A stretch of DNA of 64,000 nucleotides from an uncultured virus (IMG/VR IMGVR_UViG_3300042888_001691) (taxonomy: Duplodnaviria > Heunggongvirae > Uroviricota > Caudoviricetes): the IMG/VR virus record IMGVR_UViG_3300042888_001691; one strand, written 5' to 3'. Below are positions 47,803 through 57,349 of this stretch, piece by piece. The position numbers were made by a program, and so were the translations under genes. The notes beneath the pieces are model-generated. The model made no database searches, was not told the DNA's origin, and saw only the letters and a program-made list of their open reading frames with translations. How positions within the stretch are numbered: the stretch's first letter is position 1; each line of letters opens with the position of its first letter.

Positions 47803-48596
47803 AAGTTGCAGTACTAGGAGCCAATGGCTATATAGGAAAATACCTGACAGCATCATTGGCCATGGATTTGCTGACTGTTATACCAGTTACGCGACAAACT
47901 GTTGATCTTACAAATTATCAACAGGTGCGCTCATGGTTACAATTGGTCAAGCCAAATACTATTATCAACTGTGCCACTGCAACTGGTCGTTTTCAAACTA
48001 CAGATTTTGTGTATCAGGATGTGCAGAATAATCTTGATATATTCATGAATTTTTACAACAACAGTGATCTATTTGATCAATTTATCAACGTTGGCAGCGG
48101 AGCTGAGTTTGACCGAACAACTGATATTAATAGTGCCAACGAACATGACATATTCTTAAAACAACCAAAAGACAGTTACGGGTACAGTAAAAACATTATT
48201 GCCAGATTAGCAGCCAAGAAAGAAAACTTTGTTACTTTAAGATTATTTGGCTGTTTTAATCGCAGTGAGCCAAATCATAGACTGTTTCAAAAATTTATCA
48301 AACAATCCTCAGTAGACATCATTGACAGATATGTTGATTATATTTCATTGGATGATTTCTGTATAGTGGTCAAGCAATACTTAAATAACAATATACATAA
48401 AGATGTCAATTGCGTATATCCACAAAAATATCTACTCAGTGAGATTTTTAGCCTATTTCAAGAATTACATCACATTAAAACAGATTTAACTATCGTTGGC
48501 ACAGCTTCAAACAACTACACCGGCTGTGCCAACCAACTGTCACAATTAAATTTTCCTCTTAGAGGATTCATACAAGGATTAAAGGATTACATATGA
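47799..48596 (+). CDS. NAD-dependent epimerase/reductase (extended SDR)
   Basis: LGANGYIG, GSGAEF, YGYSK. Confidence 0.85.
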   Translation: MKVAVLGANGYIGKYLTASLAMDLLTVIPVTRQTVDLTNYQQVRSWLQLVKPNTIINCATATGRFQTTDFVYQDVQNNLDIFMNFYNNSDLFDQFINVGSGAEFDRTTDINSANEHDIFLKQPKDSYGYSKNIIARLAAKKENFVTLRLFGCFNRSEPNHRLFQKFIKQSSVDIIDRYVDYISLDDFCIVVKQYLNNNIHKDVNCVYPQKYLLSEIFSLFQELHHIKTDLTIVGTASNNYTGCANQLSQLNFPLRGFIQGLKDYI

Positions 48597-49546
48597 GTAC
48601 CAAAGTAGTATACGTCACTGGCTGTTTGGGGTTTATTGGTTATCACGTTACTAAACAATGTTTACAGGCAGGGTACTATGTTATAGGCGTTGACAAGAAA
48701 ACCTATGCCGCAAACGTGCATTTCTTACTGGAATTGCAAGGATACCAGCAACAATTTAAGTTTATTGAGTCAGATATCAATGATCTTGACATGCTATATG
48801 ACTGTGACTATATTATTAACACTGCTGCTGAAACCCACGTGGACAACAGCATTGTGAGCAGTGATGTATTTTTGCAAAGTAATGTAAACGGTGTACATCA
48901 TTTGTTAAACTTGATCAAGGAACGACACAGGTTCAAGATGCCTACCTTGTTGCACTTTAGCACAGACGAAGTGTACGGAGACATTGTAACAGGCAGTCAT
49001 GTAGAAACAGATCTACTCAAGCCCAGTAATCCGTATTCGGCAACCAAAGCTGCAGCAGACATGTTGATCCTGGCGTGGGCACGTACATTCCGAGTGCCGT
49101 ATATCATTGTAAGGCCTACCAACAACTACGGCATTGGGCAGTACACCGAAAAGTTTATTCCCAAGAGTATCAAACACTTGACTCTGGGCAGACCCATTGC
49201 GCTACATGATGCTGGCTTGCCTAGTCGTACTTGGTTGCATGTGAGTGACACTGCCAGTGCTGTTATAAAGATCATTGAGTCCGGCGTGCAAAATGAAATT
49301 TACAACATCTCAGGCAATCATGAAGAACAAAACATCATGATTGCCATGAAGATTATTGACATGTTCTTTGCCGAGCATGCGGATCACGATGCTCATATGG
49401 ACCTTGATATTACTAGACCTGGACAAGATGTACGTTATGCCATTGATGACAGCAAATTAAAAAGCCTAGGGTGGAAACCCCAGGCTGTGTTTGAAACTGA
49501 ACTAGTTGAAATTGTAGATTACTACAAGAAAAACTTTATATATTAA
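48593..49546 (+). CDS. NDP-glucose 4,6-dehydratase (RmlB/RfbB-like), second copy
   Basis: [44 protein letters not shown]. Confidence 0.9.
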   Translation: MSTKVVYVTGCLGFIGYHVTKQCLQAGYYVIGVDKKTYAANVHFLLELQGYQQQFKFIESDINDLDMLYDCDYIINTAAETHVDNSIVSSDVFLQSNVNGVHHLLNLIKERHRFKMPTLLHFSTDEVYGDIVTGSHVETDLLKPSNPYSATKAAADMLILAWARTFRVPYIIVRPTNNYGIGQYTEKFIPKSIKHLTLGRPIALHDAGLPSRTWLHVSDTASAVIKIIESGVQNEIYNISGNHEEQNIMIAMKIIDMFFAEHADHDAHMDLDITRPGQDVRYAIDDSKLKSLGWKPQAVFETELVEIVDYYKKNFIY

Positions 49547-50829
49547 TACCTATAGGTATCTGGCTTGTACGGACCTTCAACAGGCACACCAATGTAGTGT
49601 GCTTGTTTAGAAGTTAAGCCAGTTAATTTAGCACCTACATGATCTAGGTGCAGTCGAGCAACTTCCTCATCCACATGCTTGGGCAGTAGATAAATTCCTA
49701 CTTTACTATATTTTGTATGATTGGTCCACAGTTCAATCTGTGCAAGCACCTGATTAGTAAAACTGTTGCTCATTACATAACTAGGATGCCCAGTTGCACA
49801 TCCTAGGTTTACCAGGCGCCCTTTGGCCAAAATAATCAGTTTGTTTCCGTTAGGTAACGTGACATGATCTACCAAGGGCTTGATCTCGTCCCAGGCACAA
49901 TCACTCAATCCAGCAATATCAATTTCACTATCAAAGTGTCCAATATTGCACACAATAGCATTGTTCTTCATATGATTCATATGCTCACGAGTAACAACAT
50001 CAATGTTACCAGTGGCAGTGACAAAGATATCTGCTTTGTCCATGGCATAATCCATAGTTACCACGCGGTATCCCTCCATCGCTGCCTGCAATGCACAGAT
50101 AGGATCAACTTCAGTGATCCAAACTTGCGCACTTAATGCACGTAGGGCCTGCGCCGATCCTTTGCCTACATCACCGTAACCACATACCACTGCAGTCTTG
50201 CCAGCTATCATTACATCTGTGGCACGTTTAATTGCATCCACTAGGCTTTCACGACAACCATACAAGTTATCAAATTTTGATTTGGTGACTGAGTCGTTGA
50301 CGTTAATGGCTGGAATTTTTAGAGTACTTGCTGCAATACGTTCTATCAGTTTATGAATACCAGTTGTGGTTTCTTCGCTGACGCCAATGATAGCTGGTAA
50401 TAGATCAGGATGACGATCATGTACCCATGCAGTCAAATCATGTCCATCATCTAATAGTAGATTAGGTGTCCAACCATCCGGACCGCGTACTGTTTGCTCA
50501 ATACACCACCAATATTCCTCTTCGGTTTCGCCCTTCCATGCAAACACCGGAATGCCCTGAACTGCCAGGGCTGCTGCAGCATGATCTTGAGTGCTAAAGA
50601 TATTACAGCTTGACCATCTTACTTCAGCACCAAGGTCAATTAACGTTTCAACTAGTACTGCAGTCTGGATAGTCATGTGTAAACTACCAGTAATCCGTGC
50701 TCCTAACAAGGGCTTGCTGGCACGATACTTGTTACGCACTGCCATCAGTCCTGGCATTTCAATCTCTGCAATAGCAATTTCTTTACGACCCCAAGCAGCT
50801 AGGGCAATATCTGCAACTTTATAATCCAT
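49543..50829 (-). CDS. ahcY: S-adenosyl-L-homocysteine hydrolase
   Basis: [62 protein letters not shown]. Confidence 0.98.
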   Translation of the reverse strand: MDYKVADIALAAWGRKEIAIAEIEMPGLMAVRNKYRASKPLLGARITGSLHMTIQTAVLVETLIDLGAEVRWSSCNIFSTQDHAAAALAVQGIPVFAWKGETEEEYWWCIEQTVRGPDGWTPNLLLDDGHDLTAWVHDRHPDLLPAIIGVSEETTTGIHKLIERIAASTLKIPAINVNDSVTKSKFDNLYGCRESLVDAIKRATDVMIAGKTAVVCGYGDVGKGSAQALRALSAQVWITEVDPICALQAAMEGYRVVTMDYAMDKADIFVTATGNIDVVTREHMNHMKNNAIVCNIGHFDSEIDIAGLSDCAWDEIKPLVDHVTLPNGNKLIILAKGRLVNLGCATGHPSYVMSNSFTNQVLAQIELWTNHTKYSKVGIYLLPKHVDEEVARLHLDHVGAKLTGLTSKQAHYIGVPVEGPYKPDTYRY

Positions 50830-51208
50830 TATTTTGTTTTCCTTTTTTCATAATAACTGGTGATTGAGTCAACTCCGACTCTGTTTGTTGATTTGTAATT
50901 GAGTGTGACTCTGGATGCCGTGTATTTTTCAACACCAAAGCACAACTGTTAATCAAAGCAGACAATGGATAGCATGCTATCGCCAGAGCCGCGGTCAATG
51001 TGATACCAACAGCATAACATGTAAGTCCGTACAAGGTAAAAATTATTTCAAGCATAAAATTCCAAAATCCCATAACGCCAACATCCAGATAGTTGTTGTC
51101 GTCTGTAGTTTTTTTCTTGAAACCTCTGACATGATCTCTGAGTTCAGCCAGTAGCTCATTGAATTTTTGATTCAATACAGATAGTAATCCTCGATACAGT
51201 TCAGTCAT
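50819..51208 (-). CDS. Hypothetical membrane protein
   Basis: Long central hydrophobic stretch. Confidence 0.6.
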   Translation of the reverse strand: MTELYRGLLSVLNQKFNELLAELRDHVRGFKKKTTDDNNYLDVGVMGFWNFMLEIIFTLYGLTCYAVGITLTAALAIACYPLSALINSCALVLKNTRHPESHSITNQQTESELTQSPVIMKKGKQNNGL

Positions 51209-51534
51209 TATTTCTCCAATAAATGTTGTTTGTCTTTGATGTCTTTAAATTCTTCGGCAGTTGCTAATGGATCTTTACGTTTTGTTATAGTGGGCCATAC
51301 TTTGCTTAACGTACTGTTAACTTCTAACCAATGTACTAGGTTTGGTATGTCTGTATCGTTGTCAGGCACAATGGCATTCACCGGACATTCGGGCACACAC
51401 ACTGCACAGTCAATACATTCGTCTGGATTGATCACTAAAAAATTTGGCCCTTCGTAAAAACAGTCTACCGGACATACACTGACACAATCAGTATATTTAC
51501 ATTTGATACATGCTTCGGTTACTACATAGGTCAT
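51208..51534 (-). CDS. fdxA: 7Fe ferredoxin (FdxA type)
   Basis: [18 protein letters not shown] and [12 protein letters not shown]. Confidence 0.95.
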   Translation of the reverse strand: MTYVVTEACIKCKYTDCVSVCPVDCFYEGPNFLVINPDECIDCAVCVPECPVNAIVPDNDTDIPNLVHWLEVNSTLSKVWPTITKRKDPLATAEEFKDIKDKQHLLEK

Positions 51535-51815
51535 TCTGCTTCCTCTTTAAATATATTACTCCAAATTTTGAGTTTGTTTTTTTTATGTTCCTTGGCAAGA
51601 TCTAATCCAGATTGACTAATAATACCCTGTACTAGTAGTAAGTCTATCATGCACAACAGATCACCTACTTCCATTTCTAATTTGCGTCGATGAACAATTC
51701 CAGATTTGTGCATTTCGTCTATACCAAATCTAAAAATTTTAGATATTTCTTGTATTACTTCAGCACACTCTTCTTGAGTGATAACTAATGTTTCTGTCAG
51801 TTGATCATTTATCAT
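51531..51815 (-). CDS. MazG-like NTP pyrophosphohydrolase
   Basis: QEECAEVIQ...EVGDL. Confidence 0.75.
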   Translation of the reverse strand: MINDQLTETLVITQEECAEVIQEISKIFRFGIDEMHKSGIVHRRKLEMEVGDLLCMIDLLLVQGIISQSGLDLAKEHKKNKLKIWSNIFKEEAE

Positions 51816-52353
51816 ATATTAAATTAAAAGGTTCCTGCTCAAATCTAAAACTTATCATTCTTCTAACAGCGTTAGTATTCTGAACTGAATGATACTGATT
51901 GATATTAACCAACGTTGGTGTAACAATTTCACATTCTCCAATTTTAGTGGCTGTATCTTGGGAATAAAAGTTATGCGGAGTTTTGTTTTTATCAATTGGA
52001 TCATAAAACACAGATTCAATTATTGGTAAATCACGGTATTCCCACCAGCACATATAAGTTCCTGTGCAATTTTTAATTGGCCAATTGATTGCAAGATGTT
52101 TAGGATTTTGTTCACTACCATCCTGGTGAACATGTATTCCTTGATTGGGCATAGAAATAAATTCTCTAAATATTTGCACTTTTAGTCCCATATCATTGAA
52201 TTGTTCAACTAACTCAGGTACCTGGTCATCAAGTAGACCAGTATCAAACTGCATGGTTGATTTTAACTCTACGTTTTGTTGCTGTGCGATTGTCAACAAT
52301 TTACTGGTTATAGTTCTAACTCTCTTGAATTGAACAGTCTGATACAAGAACAT
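51805..52353 (-). CDS. Putative 2OG-Fe(II) dioxygenase/cupin-fold protein
   Basis: HQD...H...R.S pattern (IHVHQDG, YHSV, RRMISFRF). Confidence 0.6.
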   Translation of the reverse strand: MFLYQTVQFKRVRTITSKLLTIAQQQNVELKSTMQFDTGLLDDQVPELVEQFNDMGLKVQIFREFISMPNQGIHVHQDGSEQNPKHLAINWPIKNCTGTYMCWWEYRDLPIIESVFYDPIDKNKTPHNFYSQDTATKIGECEIVTPTLVNINQYHSVQNTNAVRRMISFRFEQEPFNLIYDK

Positions 52354-52354
52354 C

Positions 52355-52534
52355 TTAATTGTCCACTAACTCTATCTCCTCAACTACCGGAACAACTTCC
52401 CAATTGGTATTTTCATCAATTTCTTTAATCATGACTACTATAGCTGCTTCGGCGGCTGCACGAGTAGTGTATGCACGTTCAAAGATACGGTTACCATCCG
52501 ACATCTCTGCCATTGCAATATAAATTTTTGTCAT
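52355..52534 (-). CDS. Small hypothetical protein
   Basis: Likely start MTKIY at 52534, downstream of the promoter at 52562-52590. Confidence 0.55.
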   Translation of the reverse strand: MTKIYIAMAEMSDGNRIFERAYTTRAAAEAAIVVMIKEIDENTNWEVVPVVEEIELVDN

Positions 52535-52561
52535 AGTAATTAAAGTAAGGAGTACACGGAT

Positions 52562-52590
52562 AGTATACAACTATCCGTGTTTAATGTCAA
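52562..52590 (-). promoter_or_regulatory. Sigma70-type promoter
   Basis: TTGACA-N17-TATACT. Confidence 0.8.
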
Positions 52591-53435
52591 TAAAATTCAG
52601 CATCTGTGCAACTCTTACACAGGGTTTTTGAACTATAACAGGGCTTGATATTTTCTTTTATTAGCGTCATCATGCCTGGTCCAGTAAACAGGTCTTGGTA
52701 AGATTGAGTAATTAGATTACCAATTACGTGTTTGTTATCGTAGTCCATACAACATAACACAACATCACCATTTGGTAACAACACATGTTGGTCATAGTTG
52801 ATGGTCTTGCTGCATCTGACTGGTTGGACATGTTCAGTGACAAACTTGATTGGTTGTTCCTTGACTTGATTCTTGTCAAGGCTGCCAGCGCGATCATGCC
52901 CAAACCAGTTGTACAGTTGGATTCCAAGATGCTGCAAATCTTTGTGTATCCGACCGTGATCACTCATGGTCATTGCTTCTAGCTTGATGCGGCAATCCTG
53001 AACAGCTTCTGTCATCATGTGGAATACTGCTTCCCATTCTGCGCTGTGTTTCCAGCCCTTCATGTTGCCATACTCGTCGGGAAAATGCACACTAAACGTT
53101 TCTACCTGTCCGCGGTAACGATATAACAATTTGCAAACACGTTCTGCAGTTTCTATGGTCCAGTTGTACAAGGTTGTGTACACTGCAATATTAAAACCAG
53201 ACACTAACGCATGTTCGAACATGTCAGTGGCTGCAGGATTTACCCATACTTCTGCCATGCCACTAAAATCAATTCTGGTATTGCTGGGCACTTTACTTAG
53301 TGCAGTTTTGAATGTGTCCAAGGTCATGTATTTGACATCATCTCCGTAAGCATCACGTAGATTGTCTTGAGGACAGAAGTTACACATCAGAGGACAACCA
53401 ATCATGGTTGTGATTTCTAGAGTAGGTCGTTGCAT
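52587..53435 (-). CDS. Radical SAM/SPASM-domain protein
   Basis: CPLMCNFC, RAG, C...LPNGDVVLCCMD..IGN...CKSC. Confidence 0.88.
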   Translation of the reverse strand: MQRPTLEITTMIGCPLMCNFCPQDNLRDAYGDDVKYMTLDTFKTALSKVPSNTRIDFSGMAEVWVNPAATDMFEHALVSGFNIAVYTTLYNWTIETAERVCKLLYRYRGQVETFSVHFPDEYGNMKGWKHSAEWEAVFHMMTEAVQDCRIKLEAMTMSDHGRIHKDLQHLGIQLYNWFGHDRAGSLDKNQVKEQPIKFVTEHVQPVRCSKTINYDQHVLLPNGDVVLCCMDYDNKHVIGNLITQSYQDLFTGPGMMTLIKENIKPCYSSKTLCKSCTDAEFY

Positions 53436-53443
53436 ACTAATAA

Positions 53444-54970
53444 TTATCGTTTTTGTCTTGGGGTGGAATCTTTGTCACGTGGTTCGGCGCGGCGTCCGGG
53501 GCGAATGATCCTATCTGCACTCATGCTAGCTTCTGGGTCTTTCATCTTGGCCACAGGGGCAGGTTGTTCAGAATTGCTACCTTTACTCTTTTTAGGTGGA
53601 TCAACTGCAAAGGTAAAGTTACCGTTGATACCTGTGCTGTAATACCCTTTGTCAGCACTAAATTCTACTGTGGTAACTGCACTACCGGGCCATTTGCTCG
53701 TGAACTTGTTCAATGTCCACTGATCGCCTCGCGCAGTTACTTTTGAATATACCTGTACTAGAGCACTGTTATTTAAAATAGCAGCAGCGTCTTTGTTAAA
53801 ACTGGTGTTCTCTCGCACATGTTCGGCCACACTGTGAGCTATTGCTGCCATCAAATGAAAGTATAAATTTGTGTTAGTTGGATTTTTTGTACTACGTTGC
53901 TCTGCCAGTTTGCGTAAGGTAGGCGTAAGCATTTTTAGTTTCTTGGTGTTAGTAATATCAACCAAGGGCATTTTTTTAATACTAACCACCAGTTGGGCAT
54001 CACCTTCGTCAATGACACCGTATCGTTGTCCTAATACCAATGGTGCCAATGATTGTCCACTGTTTTTAACTGTTTCTAATATCTCAATGGTGTTTTTAAA
54101 CTTCTTGACCAATTTTTCACCAGTGGGTGTTTGTTTTAATTCTGCCACGCAGTCCAATAAATTCTTGGTACTGGCATCGGCCCCTTTTCCACCTTTGCTG
54201 CTGACCTTCATCTTGCGTCCATCAGGACCAATCATTACGCTATCACTGAGTCCTTCAGTTTTGTTCTTACCAAAGCTGATCAATGCTGTTGCATATCCGC
54301 CTTCAGGTAAAAATATTGCTTCAGCGTCTTGAGCTTCACCGTCGTACTGGCCTGTTTGTAATGCAATTGGCTGCAACAGTTCACAAAAATAATCTTGGAA
54401 TGCACCAATATCCATTTCAACTGGTGCTGCAAATGTATAAGGTAACTCACCGCCTCTGGCCAAGTGCATTGCCACTTCAGCCAATGTACTATTTGGAAAC
54501 TTTGCTGCAACTTGCATTGCAATAGCTTCAGCGGTCAAATCTTCTTGTTGAGTCAGAATATCCTGCGGCGTTGCACTGCTTTGAGTTTTTTTGGCTGCAG
54601 TTGAATTGTATTTGAATCCTGGAATTCCTGTTTGATTGTTCCAGTCATTTTGTGTGGGATCAGGATGTACTGTCTTAAAGTATTTTAAGTAGGCAAGAAT
54701 ACCAGTATCACTATCAAATACAGCAATACCAAATGCCAATGTTCCTGCGGTGGGACGATTTACTGATTCTGGAGCGACTCCCAGTTGTTGCACTACTGCA
54801 TCAACGGCATCTTGCGTTTCTTCTGCAGTTTGGAATTGTCCACCACCTTCGGGAAAAAAGTTGACTGTGTTAACTCGTATTTCGTCGCCAGCAGCATTAA
54901 CAAAGATCTCTCCAGGACGTCTGGCACCAAGACCGCGGCTTTCAGTTATGATATTAATAATTTCGCGCAT
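53444..54970 (-). CDS. Hypothetical late protein, possible PD-(D/E)XK-like nuclease fold
   Basis: 508 aa; TAAATA 5 nt before ATG; N-terminus MREIINIITES; YFCEL...SDS...KVSSK. Confidence 0.6.
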   Translation of the reverse strand: MREIINIITESRGLGARRPGEIFVNAAGDEIRVNTVNFFPEGGGQFQTAEETQDAVDAVVQQLGVAPESVNRPTAGTLAFGIAVFDSDTGILAYLKYFKTVHPDPTQNDWNNQTGIPGFKYNSTAAKKTQSSATPQDILTQQEDLTAEAIAMQVAAKFPNSTLAEVAMHLARGGELPYTFAAPVEMDIGAFQDYFCELLQPIALQTGQYDGEAQDAEAIFLPEGGYATALISFGKNKTEGLSDSVMIGPDGRKMKVSSKGGKGADASTKNLLDCVAELKQTPTGEKLVKKFKNTIEILETVKNSGQSLAPLVLGQRYGVIDEGDAQLVVSIKKMPLVDITNTKKLKMLTPTLRKLAEQRSTKNPTNTNLYFHLMAAIAHSVAEHVRENTSFNKDAAAILNNSALVQVYSKVTARGDQWTLNKFTSKWPGSAVTTVEFSADKGYYSTGINGNFTFAVDPPKKSKGSNSEQPAPVAKMKDPEASMSADRIIRPGRRAEPRDKDSTPRQKR

Positions 54971-55046
54971 GAATGTATTTATTATTTTTAAGTATTCTGT
55001 TTATATGTTGCAGTACAACATAAATACTAGTATACTAAAGGAAAAC

Positions 55047-55214
55047 ATGATCAACTTTAACAGCCTCAAACAACGTCTACAGGAAATGTTCCCCAGTCAA
55101 TACAAAAGCGATGTAGAACAATATATTGCAAGCAAAGATCCTAAGTCAGCAGCTGATGTAGAGCACTGGATTCAACAATGGACTTACAGCAACGAACGGT
55201 ATCTAGGACTATGA
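55047..55214 (+). CDS. 55-aa hypothetical protein
   Basis: TAAATA at 55021 and AAGGA RBS; MINFNSLKQRLQEMF...; start revised from the ORF track. Confidence 0.65.
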   Translation: MINFNSLKQRLQEMFPSQYKSDVEQYIASKDPKSAADVEHWIQQWTYSNERYLGL

Positions 55215-55297
55215 TTCAACGCATATTACAGGCCATTATAGAGTCAAGACAGCGTAGAGCAGCATTATATCTACAAAGCCTGGTGTCCAGGCTTTAG
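55211..55297 (+). CDS. 28-aa micro-protein
   Basis: ATGA-coupled; MIQRILQAIIESRQRRAALYLQSLVSRL. Confidence 0.4.
   Translation: MIQRILQAIIESRQRRAALYLQSLVSRL
55275..55295. terminator. Inverted repeat between convergent genes
   Basis: AAAGCCTGG-tgt-CCAGGCTTT. Confidence 0.6.
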
Positions 55298-55674
55298 TTT
55301 CTACATGCATTAAACATCAAAAAACTTTCAAAATAATTGCTCGGTGGAACTTTAAACCATGTTGTATATTTTGATGTAGCTAATTCTGATATTTCGGTAC
55401 CTTTTCCCATAATTCTAGTGTAACTTTTACTGCCCTGATATCTGAGCACATGTTTATCGCAGTTTAACTCAGCTTGAGCTATAACAGAAGCTTCTTTATC
55501 TTGTTTGGTTTTTTTAAGATTGTTGATTAGAATCAACACAGTGCGGTTGGCATCACGAGACATTAGTGTGTCTGGATCCCAATATACGTCTAGCGTATCT
55601 TCTTTGGCCAACGGCAGCCATTCAGCTGACGCCCACAGTGGTAAAAGTAACAACAAAAAAACAAGCCGTTTCAT
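55294..55674 (-). CDS. Secreted/periplasmic protein (surface-adhesin-E-like)
   Basis: Sec signal MKRLVFLLLLLPLWASA; W...D.YWDPDT...LNC...W..VPP...C pattern. Confidence 0.6.
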   Translation of the reverse strand: MKRLVFLLLLLPLWASAEWLPLAKEDTLDVYWDPDTLMSRDANRTVLILINNLKKTKQDKEASVIAQAELNCDKHVLRYQGSKSYTRIMGKGTEISELATSKYTTWFKVPPSNYFESFLMFNACRN

Positions 55675-56432
55675 TCTTTAGGATAATGAAAGTCTTTGTC
55701 TAGCCAGGCAGTGACTATCTCTTCTTGTCTGACATGTCCAAATCTAGTAAGACAATCAACTACACTATCGCTCAACAAGTTAAGATCAGCCAGATCATAC
55801 CATGATGTTGTTTTTGGATCCATTGGTGCAATGTCCGATTTATACACCGCTGCATACAACCACGGATCATTTTCTTCTTTGAGAAAATATGCATCACGAC
55901 AATCAAATCCATTGACTGCCAACATGTACATCAAGTTTATAATATTATGATTATAATAGCAACCACTGTGGCTGCGAGCTTGATATCTATTGTATGCATA
56001 ATATGTAGATTGCGGAAATATCAACATCAGCATACCGTTCACATTCATTTGTTCATTCCATAACCCAAGGCTTTCCATTGGATTGGTAACGTACTGAAAG
56101 GTATCGTGACACCAAATAAAATCCACTGACCTAGGAATTATACGCCCTGCACTGTCAACATCTTCTTGGAATGTGTACACATTTGGTAGTTGCGCAACAG
56201 ATTTATCAAAATTTGTTAAATTTTTATCAACTGAATAAACTGTGTAGTTTCTAGGCTCGGGAGGATCATCTCGGGTCATCAAGGTTGCCCACCATTGAGT
56301 ATCAAATCCGCGACCGCTGCCAAAATCTGCTATAAACTTCAAGCTATCTAGAAAGCTATCGTAGCCATACAATACATTCAGAACCTGTAAACTATGAGCA
56401 TGACTCTCTGCAGCATTTTTAAATGGTACCAT
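55671..56432 (-). CDS. SAM-dependent methyltransferase-like protein
   Basis: IADFGSGRG, SVD, DFIWCHD..QY..NP...GMLML. Confidence 0.7.
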   Translation of the reverse strand: MVPFKNAAESHAHSLQVLNVLYGYDSFLDSLKFIADFGSGRGFDTQWWATLMTRDDPPEPRNYTVYSVDKNLTNFDKSVAQLPNVYTFQEDVDSAGRIIPRSVDFIWCHDTFQYVTNPMESLGLWNEQMNVNGMLMLIFPQSTYYAYNRYQARSHSGCYYNHNIINLMYMLAVNGFDCRDAYFLKEENDPWLYAAVYKSDIAPMDPKTTSWYDLADLNLLSDSVVDCLTRFGHVRQEEIVTAWLDKDFHYPKE

Positions 56433-56673
56433 TTGTTAACACCTCTATAATTACCTGTTCTTTTAATTGTTTAAGTCTGGGTTCAAGCTGATAGCATGCT
56501 TCGGCAATTTGTGTATCCGTGCCCCAACTACGTTGCGTAGCCAGCTGGTAGGCCCATTTACCGCAGGAATCTTTCAATAATTGTATACCAACTGCGTTGT
56601 GTTTGGGCCTGGCCTTTACACAAAGATTAAACTCATCCAGCAGTGTTGTTGCGCGAGCTTTCCAGTCTGTCAT
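56419..56673 (-). CDS. Hypothetical protein
   Basis: 84-aa ORF coupled to uvsY. Confidence 0.6.
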   Translation of the reverse strand: MTDWKARATTLLDEFNLCVKARPKHNAVGIQLLKDSCGKWAYQLATQRSWGTDTQIAEACYQLEPRLKQLKEQVIIEVLTNGTI

Positions 56674-57125
56674 GAGATCACAATATCTTCCATTCCTGCT
56701 GTTCTAAGTCTAACCACATGCCCCAGCATAAAATTCTTGCTTTCCAGTCCCTTCATTACTCCTAGCCATTTGTTACGAACCAGTGCCACCTCATTGATAA
56801 TGGTTTCAAAGTCAATCACTTCATCCTCGCCATCCACATACTTTTCAGCATCCCTGCTGCTCAGTACACGAGCATACCCCTCAAGATACTTTTGGAAATG
56901 CTTTCTACGAATCTTGCGTAACTGTATGTTCAAGTAGTTGAGAACAGCTTCAATTTCTTGTAATTGATTGAATCTGTGTTCAGTGAGCCCAGGTAGATTT
57001 GCTGCAGATCGTTCCACATTACCACGTATGGCTATTTCATTTTTGGCCGTATGGAGTTCGCCTTCGTAGTATGTAATAAAGGACGGAATCTCTCCAAGAT
57101 CTGCAACTACTTTGTTATACCACAC
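56670..57125 (-). CDS. uvsY: Recombination mediator UvsY-like
   Basis: Helical 151-aa protein (KYLEGY...LSSRDAEKYVDGE...KGLESK) next to uvsX and ssb. Confidence 0.75.
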   Translation of the reverse strand: MWYNKVVADLGEIPSFITYYEGELHTAKNEIAIRGNVERSAANLPGLTEHRFNQLQEIEAVLNYLNIQLRKIRRKHFQKYLEGYARVLSSRDAEKYVDGEDEVIDFETIINEVALVRNKWLGVMKGLESKNFMLGHVVRLRTAGMEDIVIS

Positions 57126-57127
57126 TG

Positions 57128-57349
57128 TTAGTCTTCGTAGTCAATGTCTTGTTCTTCGTCATCAAGATACTCGTCAATGCTGCGCTTGGTGTAGCCGTCT
57201 GTTCCACCAAATTCACGCAACTCTCGTTCGCTGAGTGAATCAGCCAACATGCTGGTCACAGTGTCACTGGCAGCCTGGCGTTCCTTTGGTGGAATATATT
57301 CTTTAAGAAGTGTGTAAGTTTCAATTAGTACTTCTATGTCAATACTCAT
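57128..57349 (-). CDS. Small acidic hypothetical protein
   Basis: 73-aa ORF between uvsX and uvsY. Confidence 0.65.
   Translation of the reverse strand: MSIDIEVLIETYTLLKEYIPPKERQAASDTVTSMLADSLSERELREFGGTDGYTKRSIDEYLDDEEQDIDYED

Noticed and set aside
50830..51208. SAH riboswitch upstream of ahcY
   Set aside because: The upstream region is occupied by an overlapping ORF, and no riboswitch consensus was recognised.
54750..55046. N-terminal extension of the 154-aa plus-strand ORF
   Set aside because: It overlaps the opposite-strand gene; the late motif and RBS point to a start at 55047.
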